NCBI GenBank assembly: GCA_030704615.1
Contig: CM060732.1
Span: forward strand, 55,800,001 to 55,864,000
DNA length: 64,000 nt
Source: Takakia lepidozioides
Taxonomy: Eukaryota > Plantae > Bryophyta
Reading direction: 5' to 3'
Below are positions 10,530 to 23,093 of the stretch, one piece after another (the stretch's first letter is position 1; every line of letters starts with the position of its first letter). The notes below the pieces were generated by a model. The model did not search any database, was not told the origin of the DNA, and saw only the letters and a program-made list of their open reading frames with translations. A program made the translations under genes and the position numbers.

Positions 10530-12793
10530 ATCTTTTGCCGTAACATATCCGACCACCAGCAACCAATCCCGGGGCGGTTGATTGTCTGTCTCACTTGTTT
10601 AAGCTCCTCCATCAACACGTTGTTTTGTTGTTGGGTCGTGACAAGAACATTCTGCAATTCGTGTAAGCGTTCCATTATCCACACCGTCTGATAATTGGCT
10701 TGATGAGTAGTGTGTGCGTTGTCCACCATTTCTTCATTGTCCGCCATCTTGCTCCACTACTCCTTCCTTCGTGGTGTTTGTCTTCTAAAATTAATGTATA
10801 CTATTTGTATTCTCTTATCATAATACAATATGTAAATAGTGCAATCCCAAACCATCCCGTATGTGACTATTGGTAATACAAAAAAGAGGTTTGAACTCAT
10901 GACAAGGTTCATGAATTCTACTCCAAATTCTGCAACTAAGAATCTTACAAAATGATGTTTGTCGATGACGCACACATTGATACTAAATACATTTGGCGGT
11001 GGAAAATTAGGCGGAAAATATCTACCTCGATCCATGAACTATGTATATACACATATGTATACTTTCCAATTTCTAATTATAGGAAAGACGACAGATCATG
11101 GGTTTTGTAACATTTCTTGATATTGTTCCTCTCCAAATCTCTGTACTGTCATATCTCTAATTTCTGCCTTACGACGACATATAATTTTAAAATCACACTC
11201 CGAAGAAAAATCACGGAAAATGGGTTGATTTAAGTCCATAAATTTTTTTATACTATCGTTATAACGCATCATCACTACTAGCTATTCAACACTTAAAAAC
11301 ATTAACAACAAAAATCTCTAAAAAAAAAAATCTTAATCGAATCATCTTAAAGAGGGTATTCACTCCCAACTTTAAGAAAGACTAGGCTCTGATACCATTG
11401 TAACACCCATGATCTACACAAACTAGAATAGAAGTACTTCTCAACTTTTTCCCAGAACAACTCGATGTCTTCTAGGCTTTCATTGCATGTTTATATACCC
11501 TTCACAATATGATTATTTTAAAGGTTTGACTTGAGAGTCTCAAGTCAAAACTTCTTAAAGTCAACCTTCCTAGGTTTGATATATTCTCCACAATATGACT
11601 TTATCAAACATTTGATCTACTCTGTGACGCAACTACAGTACAAGGAAACACCAGTTGCTGAATTCATCAAGTACCTGAAACCAAAGTTGGTGAAGTTTGT
11701 ACTTCACAACTTTATCGCAAGATGGCAGGACAAACAATTCAAAACCTCATTGGCAGAGCTACAGGAAGATATCATCTTCTTGGTCATAGACTTTGCTGAG
11801 AACTACTCATTCCAAGAGCAGAATGAGATACAAGAAATGCATTGATACTCATTCCAATGCATAATTCTTGTCCATATTACGTACAGATTAAATCCAGATT
11901 TCAAATGAGAGCCTGAACAAACTCGGATTTTGAAAGAGTATCACTATTACTTATCTCATGATCGGAAGCACAACACTCTCTTTGTGCAATACTGCCTTCA
12001 AGTTCACTAGCGATATCTGAGTGAATCTGGTTTTACACCTATACATCATATTGTGTGGTCTGATGGATGTGCGGTTCAATTCAAAGGAGCTAGATCATGT
12101 TGCAAGGTACCCAAGCTTGACCACTTCTCCTGATCTTCGACGGAGTTGCTCGATGGCTTGGAATTTTTTTGGATCAGGCCATAGCAAGGGTGAACATGAT
12201 AAGGCAGGGGCTGTGCTGAAAAGAGAACTTCGCAAAGAGCAATTGCATCTAGATGGGGTGAAAATACAAAATGCCTCTGATGCTGTCAAGTTCTTAAGGG
12301 AGTCATTGGGGCGTGCGCATGGTGCTTACCTATCAGCCAGGAAAGAGGTTGCACGGTGCTTTTGGGAGATTGATCCAGGTGACATTGACAGGACCAAAAA
12401 ATGGGACTGTAAAACAGTTAGTGGCTCCCGAAAGATACATTTCATTTGCTCGGTGAGCCATACCGATTGCACGTTATTGAGAATTCGTGAACTTTCATGT
12501 TATTACTCTTTTTGTTACGACGATAATGAAGAGCTTTGTGAGAACCTCAGCCATGCTCCACCTTTCAATCTAATCAGACTACAGCCCATCAATGCTCGTG
12601 GCATGAGAAGCGTTGCCGAGGAGGAAGGTGATGGGAGGTGTCAAAATTGAGACTTGATCTTATAGGTTTGACTTGAGAGCCTCAAGTCAAACTTCCTTAA
12701 GTCAAACTTCCTAGGAACCTTCCTAGTTATTTTGGAAATTTCTATGGAACTTTCCTCCTCCATCTAGAACCTTCTAGATTTTACCCTGTTACA
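10530..12793 (-). mobile_element. Duplicated 5' part of the gypsy element: interrupted LTR 11399-12793, PBS, leader and gag N-terminus
   Basis: TGTAACA/TGTTACA ends, gctctgatacca (reverse of the tRNA-iMet PBS) at ~11386-11397, and the gag start ORF 10475..10747. Confidence 0.88.
11624..12656 (+). pseudogene. DDE/D DNA-transposase fragment (Sola2-like) inserted in the LTR, left-arm copy
   Basis: IDFAENYSFQEQNEIQEMH, WSDGCAVQFK and WNFFGSGHSKGEHDKAGAVLKR, with stops and a frameshift. The superfamily assignment is from motif recall. Confidence 0.7.
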
Positions 12794-13281
12794 TGCACTT
12801 TGGCAGACCTTTTCGCCGGGGAAGTGAAATACTTGTCTTTCGTTTTGGACGCTTCTCCCCCACAACCCCCTACGCAACAGAAAAAAAGATGTGAGTTTGG
12901 CGCCTCATCAAGCAAAAGAAAGACAAACATTCAAACGAGCCCTGTTTTTATTGTTGGTTCACTACAACACACCCTATGTAATTTCGACGATTTAGTTTGA
13001 CGCTGACGTTGACTGTTATCACTTTTTACTGTTCCAACCATTTTGCAGTCAAAATTTATATTAAAATATTCGAGGTGCTAGACAACCGCGAAAATTTTGA
13101 CTGTAGTGAGAGACTTTGACTACCTAAAATGAGCTGACTAAGACAACCAGTTAAGCAATGGCACGTGTAATCACAATATATAAATTATATAGCAATATAT
13201 ATGTGGATAATAAGAAGTAAAAATAATAATTATTTTTTCAGTGACCCAACACATTAATATTAAACTAATCGTGTGCTTGTT

Positions 13282-13530
13282 AAGGTTAGTGAAACAAAAC
13301 AACTGAATTATATGAACAAATGATAAATAAACGCCTTGCTGGTAGCTATTGGATGAACGTATGAAAGGTTAGTGAAACAAAACAACTTGATTACCTGAAC
13401 GAGTGATAAACAAACGTCTTGCTGGCAGCTATTGGATGAACGTATGAAATATAGTTTTTGTGCACTGGATGAACATATGAACAAACGATAAAGAAAACGC
13501 CTTGCTGGCAACTATTGTATGAACGTATGA
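13282..13530. repeat. Three diverged ~80-bp tandem units (mirrored at ~34560-34810)
   Basis: Recurrent ...gataaa.aaacg.cttgctgg.a.ctattg.atgaacgtatgaa. Confidence 0.75.
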
Positions 13531-15589
13531 ACGGATGATAGTGCACTTGGCTCGAGTTTAGGGTTGCTAGGTTGCAGTGTGCAGCCTGGCTGGGACTTGG
13601 TGTTTTTTTGGGGTCGGCGTGGTTCGAGAGCTCCGCAGGCTTAGGGACTTAGCGTTTGTTTGTCTTTGTGCCACCATCTGTGTTTCTTAAGGTTCGCGAA
13701 CCAGAATAAGCGGTTTCTAAAATACTAGTATCTTGTTGTGTGCACATGAGAGAGCGGGTGGGCGGAGGGATGAGAGAATAGAGAGAGAGAAGTGCCACGC
13801 AACGAGTGTACTGTTTGTGGGATCGACATGTATGTTTGCTCTGTTTTGGAAAACAGATTTGGATTCTTCATTATTAAATTTGATGCATGATAACCATAAA
13901 TCAACACTTGTAAATTTTGTTAATCTATTTAAACAAAAATACAGTGAATCGAATTTGATAATTTTTCAAATTTCAAGGCACACCCAACATTTACAGAGAA
14001 AAGAGAATAATCAAATTAAGCCTTCTGACAATATAACTACTACGAAAGTAAACAAACAATACAATGCATAGTATCAAACAATAACTTCCAATTTCAATAT
14101 AAAAGTAAGGACGTCCAATAAATTGTTAGGTTTTGATAAAATAATTGCTAGAAAACGTAAAGAAGTCATGACACATCAAAACTTGATCAAATTCTGGCAA
14201 ATAAGACATATTTGTAGTTGATAAACACTACGAAATTATTCAAACTCCAATTCCATCTACTGAATTTGTGAAAGAACAGTTAATAAAAAAATAAAATTCC
14301 ATAAATAATAATAAAAAGATATTAAAACACATGGCTGATTCGCAATCTAGTGCTATTGTTAATATGAAAGAGCCTCATGTGAATCCAATTCCAATGTGGC
14401 AAAAACAATGCAACAAAAGGAACCAAAAGTTCATGCCACAAACAATGAAATGCGTCAAAACAACTATGTGTCAAAATCAATTAAAGCTCAAAAGGGATCT
14501 AAATCTAAGTTGATCTTCCTCGAATAGACTTCTTCAGAGTTGCGCTCCTTGGCCATTCTGGCTTGTGCTCTTACTATTCGTCGTTCCGCTCGGTTCCCTT
14601 TGTACTAGGGCACCTCTCTCTCATAGAGGTTTTCACTGCTATGAACTAATCCCAGATTAGCTCTCTGCATTATGGGCAAATCTTGCAACCCAGTCCCCGT
14701 GTGTTAAGCCTCATGGCAATATGTAAGGGTTTAATTTTTTCCCTTTTTAATAAATTTCCAGGGCCTCTCATCCCTTTAAGAAAAATTTAAAAAAAAATAC
14801 ATTTGTATAATTCAACGTACTACTTGTTCTAAAGAAGACACAAATTCATTATCCTTATTAATTTGCAAATCCTGTCGATATTTGATTGATATTGGTAATA
14901 AATCCAATTTAAATATACGAGACCATATTTCCAATACCAACTTGTCAATACCTTATGTACAGTGTTTGAATAAATTGGAAGAGGAGCTTGTGGCTCCACG
15001 ACAAATATTTGCACAAATCCATCAACTAAGCGGATTTGTCAATATGGCAATTGAGGTAGTGTTGTTAATGTACCACAAAATGCAATGTATTTTGTCACGA
15101 CTCTCCCATGAAGATATAAATATTGATGTTTATATTTTAAAAAAATACAAATATGCTTATGTATTTGGATGTGTTTATGAAAATTTTGATAAATTTATGC
15201 AAAATTTCGCTTTATGAAAAAGCAAACATTTCAGTAGAAAAAAATTGGAGAGATTTGTTCTCTTTACTAAAGTTACCAAGAAAACAAACAAGATGGTATG
15301 TCAAATGAAGATAATAAATGGAATAATGATCATGGTTTTGAAAAAATTCAAGAAGAAGTTGCGACATATACTTTGGTTCAATATTTTCTTGAGTCAGAAC
15401 AAATAATTGATTATAATGATGGACCGGTGACACGGCTCCAAGCGAAAATTTTCAGCCGCTTAGATTGTTTAGAATTGAATTTTGTAAAGAATATACTTAT
15501 CCTACTTTATTTTTGGGCAATCCACGTCCTAATGATCTACAATCAAAATTCTCATTTGGATTATTTGTGTGGAACCAACTCCCAGTGCT

Positions 15590-16010
15590 ACTGGTGGCTG
15601 GATTGTCTTCCAAACTTTATCCCTGAGGAGGAAAAAGAGCCATACGTTAGAGGGGAGTCATTTGCTGCTCTACTTGCGAATGCATTGAAATTTGACGGAG
15701 ACGGCTCGAGCAAAGTTACACCATGTATCTTTTGCCCACTTGGAGCAAGCGCAGATAGCTTTGGAAGTAGAAGTGGCAACGAAGAAGCCAAGGACACAGT
15801 AGCACTGGTGGCTGATTGTCCTCCAAACTTCATCTTTAAGGAGGAGAATGAGTCATACGCTAGAGGGGAGCCCATTGCTGCTCCAGGCGACATTGACGGA
15901 GACAGCTTGGGCAAAGCTACATCATGTGTCTCTTGCCCACTTAGAGCAAACGTAGACAACTTTGGAGGCGGAAGTGACAACAAAGAAGCCAAAGACACGG
16001 TAGTAGAAAC
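15590..16010. repeat. Two diverged ~210-bp tandem units; the right arm breaks off inside unit 2
   Basis: DCLPNFIPEEEKEPYVRGE...GNEEAKDTV versus DCPPNFIFKEENESYARGE...DNKEAKDTV in ORF 15298..16434. Confidence 0.8.
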
Positions 16011-16914
16011 CCAAGAAAGCCCCACGCCTACATCATTCGACATTACTAGGAGGCAGGAAGAGACGATGAGAATCGAAAATTCTAGCCCCCCAAGCTCAGG
16101 CCCAGGGACGCATATACAATTTTGCTCGTGCTTGCACATTAGCGGGTCTCTCCATCATAATTCCCTATTGATCAGCAAGCTGAGACTGACATATAGGAGG
16201 TTGACGCAGATGCTTTGGAAGGATGAGAGAGGCATGCTCTCGATTCCCATAGATTTTGACTGTTTGAATGAGACGGTGGCGGGAATGCAAGAGACAAAGA
16301 TTCTCTTTCACTTCCCTGGTAAGAGCTTTCGAAAACAATGCATTCGGTGGATGTATCTAGCAAATGTCACTGGATCTTCTCTTACTATTCAACAAATATA
16401 TCTTTTGACTCATAACTTTGAAACCCTTCTTTAGGAATAGATATATTTTTAATTCACATAAATTGGAAAGTAAATATTATCATTTGCTTTCAGTACTAGT
16501 AAATGTTACAAAAAAAAATAGATGATCGACATCGACGAATCATTGTAAGCAAATCTTTCCGTAGACAAGCTAAATAATCAAGACACGTACGTACGCGTTC
16601 AAGTTCTCGAAAACCTACATTTGAAAGCAAATTTTTGTCTAGATTTGGTTTATCAACCACTTCTTTTGAAGTTAGCTGTTGTCATTGTAATTTTACTTTT
16701 TGTATACAAATCCAAGCCGAAGACAAAACAAAATGAATGAACATTCTTATTGCTTAAAAAAAATTATGAGAAAAAATCAGTCTCAAACGCATTAGCACGC
16801 CAGATAGAGGGGTTATGCAAGGAGCCCCGATGTACTCGGTTTCACACGTTTCTAATCACTACCTACCGATGCATGAGTGTTGACAAGGGAATTAGGCATA
16901 GTAACCCAATACAG

Positions 16915-17572
16915 AGTTGAGTTTGTGTTTGAACCATCCATAGACATATTTACTTGTGTTGACAGATTTACCATCTGAAATGCTTTTGAGTGAAACCAGC
17001 AACAAAGTAGGGTTTGTTTGCATGTTTGTCTTTCCCTTGCTTAAAGAGGCATCAAACTCACACTTCTTTTCTGTTGCGTAAGGTTGTGGGGGAGAAGCGC
17101 CCAAAATGAAAGACGCGTCTTTCACTTCCCCGGGCAAAGGGTCCGTCAAGGCGCAACGGTAGAGTGGTTGACATGGAAGACACCCATGTGGATCGTCTTG
17201 ATGATGAGGACGACGATGACGAGTTGTCCCCAAACCATGACGTGCACACCAGTAATCTCCTCAAACACGTCCAACCTGCTAAAGTTGAGTTTGAGTTTAA
17301 ACCATCCATAGACACATTTACTTGTGTTGACAGATTTACCGTCTGAAATGCTTTGGAGTGAAACCAGCAACAAAAGCAAGGCTCATTTACATGTTTGTCT
17401 TTCCCTTGCTTGAAGATGCGCCAAACCCACACATTTTTTCTGTTGCGTAGGATTGTGGGAGAAGCGCCCAAAACAAAAGGTAGGTCCTTCACTTCTCCGG
17501 CCAAATGGTCCGTCAAGGCTCAGACTTGTGGACATGGAAGACACCCATGTGCATCGTCCTCATGATGAAGAC
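16915..17572. repeat. ~369-bp tandem duplication of a dispersed repeat, probably a decayed DNA-transposon segment; related copies at ~12794-12960, ~35130-35297 and ~44070-44155
   Basis: gttgagtttg.gttt.aaccatccatagac at 16915 and 17284. Shared blocks ttctgttgcgta.g..tgtggg.gagaagcg.ccaaaa and gacatggaagacacccatgtg. Confidence 0.8.
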
Positions 17573-20339
17573 CGGATGTTCATTTTATTTTGATTTTCAT
17601 GCACATTCGATGTCATTTCCGCCTTTAGTTTTTTTTTTTTTTTTTTTTTGGGATAAACTTAGTTGTTGTAACCTTTGATTTAAATTGGAAGATTGTGCCT
17701 AATTGTATTCATCAATCATTCAAATGAACTAGGTTGCACAAAATGACGTGATCTAACGTGAATATGTTAAAAATAATGCAAATTGACGCTAAGATGTGGA
17801 GTCGTGACGTACAATGAGTAATTTTATTTTGTGATAATTTTTAATTTTGGATCTTCAATAACACGTCATTCACTTGAAGAAATGACACTATATATATTAT
17901 TGTTATCTTTTTCAATTGGTTCAACTTACTATTGCCAAACCTGGCTATATGAAATGGATCAAGGAGATATTCTGTGCCATATTTATACATTATTCTACTA
18001 TTTTGTGTATTTTATACGTATATTGGTCGTTGAAAATAATCAGATTTCCAAGATATTGCAGTAAAATCCCCCCACAAACCTCTTGAAGTAGCACTTAGCG
18101 ACATTTTCACGACATAATCATTTTCATTACAAGCGGCGCCATTGTGTAAATCAAACAAAACTCGGGATTCAATTCATTCAGTCGACCAGCTTGTTAAGCA
18201 TTAGGTGTATTCCATATTAAACATTGATTTCCATGCTATTTTGCCTTAATGATAAAAGACAGTGCATAACGTTACAAATATGAAGTCGAATAAAAAAGAT
18301 AGTCACCAACAATATAGGGATATGCAGAATTAAGTCGTAATTTTTTTTTTAAGCTGTATCTATTAACTTGTTACTAAATGTTCATATTTCGTAGAATTAA
18401 GATTTGTTTTTAATTTTTCAATGGTAAATTAATATTGCATATTTAGTTTGATATACAATGCTACAAACTCAAAATTCTTAACTAACATATTCACAAAATA
18501 TCAAATCTAAAATAAAATCTTCAAGCCAAATTTCATCAAAGTTTCTCACCAAAATCTTATAAATTGATCCATCAAAATTATCACCAAAATTAGAGTAAAA
18601 GTACATCAGAATTATACAAAAAAAAGTAATTCGTATATGCATAAAATAATAAACTATTTGATAGGAAGTAATTTAATATTGAAATCAGAGTCACTCTCAC
18701 CAAAACAAAAAGGGGGTTATGCATTTAAAATGGCTAAAAATTATGGATTTTTTCAAAAATCCATAAAGACCCGTTATAGTACATATAAAAGGCCGTTATG
18801 GATTTTTTTTTAACTTGATTCATAAAAAATTAAAAAAAAAGGACTTGGCCAAAATGTGCTTTGAGGGATAAATAATCTAGAATGAAAATATTCACTCAAA
18901 AATATTAAATAAAACAAACTTTATGTATTATTTTAAGCCTTCAAAACGACTATTTTCGTAAAGTCCTTTACATATAGAATTCTTTGGAAATATAAACACC
19001 ATCTCATTAAATACATAGACCAAGGGTAGACCCCCGGGTGGATCAAGGTCAAATTTGAAAAAAAAAACTATCGCGATCCAAAACTATTGCGATTTGAAAA
19101 TAAAGTCTTTAATGGTCAACGATAGATGGTTGAGATCGTAAATTGAAGCGAATCCAATGGTTGAGGATTTGCCACAGACCCCTTTATCTCTCTTTAGGGA
19201 TTCATGGTATATTTCATTTTGGTCCACCGTAGGCTGCAATTACCCCTGTGGTGAATTACACGCACTCTTACACTGTTTTCACGAATGGATTTGCAAGAAT
19301 TGCAATAATATGACACATCCATAGCCACAAGAAATGAGAAGTGATGTTAGTCACATACTCGCTCAAATAGAGCAATTGTTTGCTGTATTACTTGAAGATC
19401 TCCAGCAACTTGCAAAACCATTGTGCAGTCAAGGACCCAAACATTTGCTTTAGCATCTCCTCTTGCACATGAATTGGTGTGTGACAGTCATCCCACAAGG
19501 TCTGCAAGTGGATAATATGGCTCATAATGATTTGATGCAGATTTTGGGCTTGGGACAGTATTCAATGGTGGCTCGAGGTGCTAGATGGGGGGCCTACACC
19601 GGGGCTCTAGCAAAGTTCATTAGATTTTGTCCCATGGTCACGTAGCAAAGATGTCTTTGTACTATGACAAACATAACAAAGACATATTTCCAAGTCTTCT
19701 TCTGATTCCTCTAGTGGTGGTGTCCTCCTACTTGTTCTTGCTTCCCCTCTTGAAGCGGACAACACATCATCAGCTTGCAGCCTTGTAACGCTACAATGAA
19801 TGAGTCCCTTCAAAGACTTTTGCTCATGGTCATACCAGGTTCTCTTTTGGCAACCAAGAGAAACCAGGATGGAAGTGCATGCGCTTGTAAGTTGTATGAG
19901 CAACTGCATTGCAAAATTGCACTCATGCTGCCCTATTCACCCAACAAACAGTCTCAAGCTGAAGTCTGTTTTTTTGCATTTTTTCTTGTTTCGATCAGGT
20001 GCCATATCAGTTTGTGCCGGTGCGGGTTCCTAATACCTACACGGGAATTTCTCTCTAGTCTTTCCATCCAATCTTTCTATTTTATTTTACTTTTAATTTA
20101 TTTTTTCTTTTCCATACTTCAAATTTTGAAAATGTAGTTTTTCCGAGAGTTTCCTTCCGATTTTAAAGGCCACAGAGGGAATTTTTCAAGCGAAAGTCTA
20201 ACTTTCTCTTCAACTTCCCCTCTGGAAAACACCCAACGGGGGATTCTTCAAGAAAATTGTACTTTCCCCTTTTTTAGGGCTCTTTAATGAGGGGAAACGC
20301 CTTGTCATACCCTCTGTGCCATAAAATCTCAAAAGCTCC

Positions 20340-20425
20340 TTGTAAAGCTAGCTCAAAAACCGATCTTCTAATATGTAGTGAATTATTTGCTATCGGCAAA
20401 TCTACTGTCTATGTGGTGCTTCAAA
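20340..20425 (+). mobile_element. Small PIF/Harbinger-like transposase remnant
   Basis: DLLICSELFAIGKSTVYVVL resembles the HTH segment (F.IGKSTV) of Harbinger transposases. It is very short. Confidence 0.4.
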
Positions 20426-23093
20426 TGATGTCAACAACGCCCATCCACAACTATGCTCCAAAAATTTATCAACTGAGTTTATTTTGTCTTAATGTCTAGT
20501 TTACACTCTTGTGTGCAGTAGACTTGTTCTTATGAACTTTCTTCTTCGCTGAATTTTTGTACTTTTGAGGAAGCAGATTCAAGAATAGTTAAATTTGGTA
20601 GAGGATAAAGATAAGTAACAGATGTCAGACTAAGTGCACTCGTGGGTGACTACATGATGCCTCCCGCATAGTGACCACCAGAACATAGCTATTATCATTA
20701 GCATATTTATAATATATATGTATTATCGTAATACATTAGTAAATTGAAACGTGCTCGGTACAAAATCAAACTGTTGAGCTTCCGAGGGTTTCGAAAACTA
20801 GGCAAACCATTGAATTTATTGGGTGATTTTGTCATAATTAAAATTTGGAAGTGCCCTAACATTTACATTGAATGGTTAAGAAACAAAAGAACATAAGGAA
20901 GTAATATAAGAGCAGATTTGACCAAAACAAATGATTCTCATAATTCCATTTTTTTTTCCCTCATGCAGCTTTAAAAAATATGACGATGACGTGGGCAACG
21001 ACGATGTGTCCTACAAAACATGGAATTCAGTTTTTTTTTCCCCCCCCAAGGTAGGTTAGAAACGACGACGTGTCCTATGCAAGCCTCAAGGTGACGACGA
21101 TGATGTGGCACTATGACACCCTATTCCTGTTGGACGCGTTTTTCTATGCATGCATTGATTCGTGCAGATATAGAGAATGCATGGACAGAGGTGGCTCTGC
21201 TCTATAATAAAACTAGTCTCAGACCTTCAAAGTTCAGTCTTCACTAGAATAACTGCGTGTTGCTCCTCACTACTACTTCTAAGAACAATGTTTTAACTTC
21301 TTGAAAGTTTTACAAAAATTTGTTCGTTTAATATTTCATTTTGATTGGAAATATGTTTTATGCAAAAATAGTATTTTTTTTAAATAAAAACTTACTTACC
21401 CTCCCACATGCCGTTAGAAGGTGTTTATCCTCCAAACAAGAGGCAGAAGTCCTTCAGGTGAAGTGAAACTATAAATTACGCTTCAACAAGAGTCTTTTTC
21501 CCTTCATTCCTTTTTGTATGGTTCAATATCACTCCATACTATGCTAAATTTTAAATAAAGAATACAACAGATCTTTAAAAACCTACACTTCAAATATATT
21601 TTAAAATTAGAAAGTATTATTAATTTTAAAATTAAAATATATTCAATCAACTTAATGGTACTATTTTTACTATAGAGAGAAAAGACTTCGACTAGAGCTG
21701 ACGTAACTAAGTGCCACTTCATTTATGGTTATTGATCATTGTCAAAGATGAGTTCTATGAAAGTTATTATAAATCAAAATCTGAATAAGTAATATTTAAA
21801 CATAGAGACTAAATAGAAGTACATATATCTAATATCTATCATAGAGTTTATTAATGTGTATTTATAATATATAATATATCTATTATTCTAATTGTCCAAA
21901 TTATAGACAAGATACAAAAATCGAATATTAAGAGTTTTGACATCTCATTAGCGACTACCATTATTATATTTATAATATGTACTATTATAAAATATTAGTA
22001 ATTTTAAAACGTGCTCACTACAAAACCAAAAGGTTGAACTTATGACTGGGCAAACTATTGGACAACTAGCAAGAACCGATGGGTAGTGGACCGAGCTCTA
22101 GTAAAATAGTGCTTTAGACATGGCCAAATATAGCAAGGATAACAGCCATAGCTGCAAGCTGCGTACAGCACCACAGCGCGAGCTCGGCGCTCGAGATGTA
22201 AGCGAGACCGTGATAAGAGAGTACAACGTAGCACAAGGAGAAGGGAGCGGTGCGGCCAATGAGCACATCGGCACGAGAAACATACAAGCACACAACAAGA
22301 TCCAGGATGTGGAAAGGCTATCCACTTTACCTCGATGTGTTTCCCAGAGAAGGCTATGTATCATCACAAACAAGGCTATACAGGGGTAGCTCTACAGGCT
22401 CCTCCACGCCCTCTACTGCCTCTCTCTAACCCTTCTTCTTAGCTTTATTTTGATGGATTCCATGAAGTTTTGCAGTTTTCAGACCGAATGTAGCGCTCCC
22501 ATCTTACACAAGACCTGCTGCTACGAGGAACTACACACACCCACATGGTCGAGCCAACGACCTGATATTCTGGCTACCCATTAGAATGCGCCCCAAACAC
22601 TTGTGCGCCTGCACAGAGGGTCAAACCAACAGCTTGTTACTCCGGCTACCCAACACTGCACTTCCCCAACAACCGTATGCTTGTCCTTATCACGACATCA
22701 ACTCCTCCATCACCGTGTTTCTCAATGCGGAAATTGCCAAAGTCTACATTGTTGATGCCAAGAACAAGAAGTTGTCGATGCAATACTGCTCCAAACAGAT
22801 ACTGGGCTATAATAATAGACTTTATGTGAGACGACGTGCTGATGTGAACGATAGCAACATGGCTACCATTGTTTCCCCATCGAAGTCCCCCAAAACAAGC
22901 AATCACGAAGCGGGAGCTCCCAAATATGTCTTCTATATCTCCTCAGAGTAGCAACCTGCAGTGAACTACTACTCGTGGCCTTGATGTACAAGGGCCCGCC
23001 CGACGATTTTGGCATTTTCTTCACCTTACTTGGTTTACAGATCCAGCGTTTTTCTCTGATCGGGTTGTACAGAAAGCTCCTCTGGCGTTTCTT

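Larger units (their letters stand above)
9439..15868. repeat. Left arm of a ~6.4-kb inverted duplication
   Basis: Reverse complement of 32221-38708. The ORF track shows mirrored ORF pairs (e.g. 12021+/35441-, 14882+/32873-). Ends were mapped by eye at accaatggggg (9439) and gctagagggg (15868). Confidence 0.95.

Noticed and set aside
15298-16434. 378-aa protein-coding gene
   Set aside because: It is a composite of AT-rich sequence and a tandem duplication, both strands are open, and it has no recognisable domain.
20690-22055. LTR pair from ~100-bp diverged direct repeats at ~20690-20805 and ~21955-22055
   Set aside because: No TG...CA ends, PBS, PPT or internal coding remnants.
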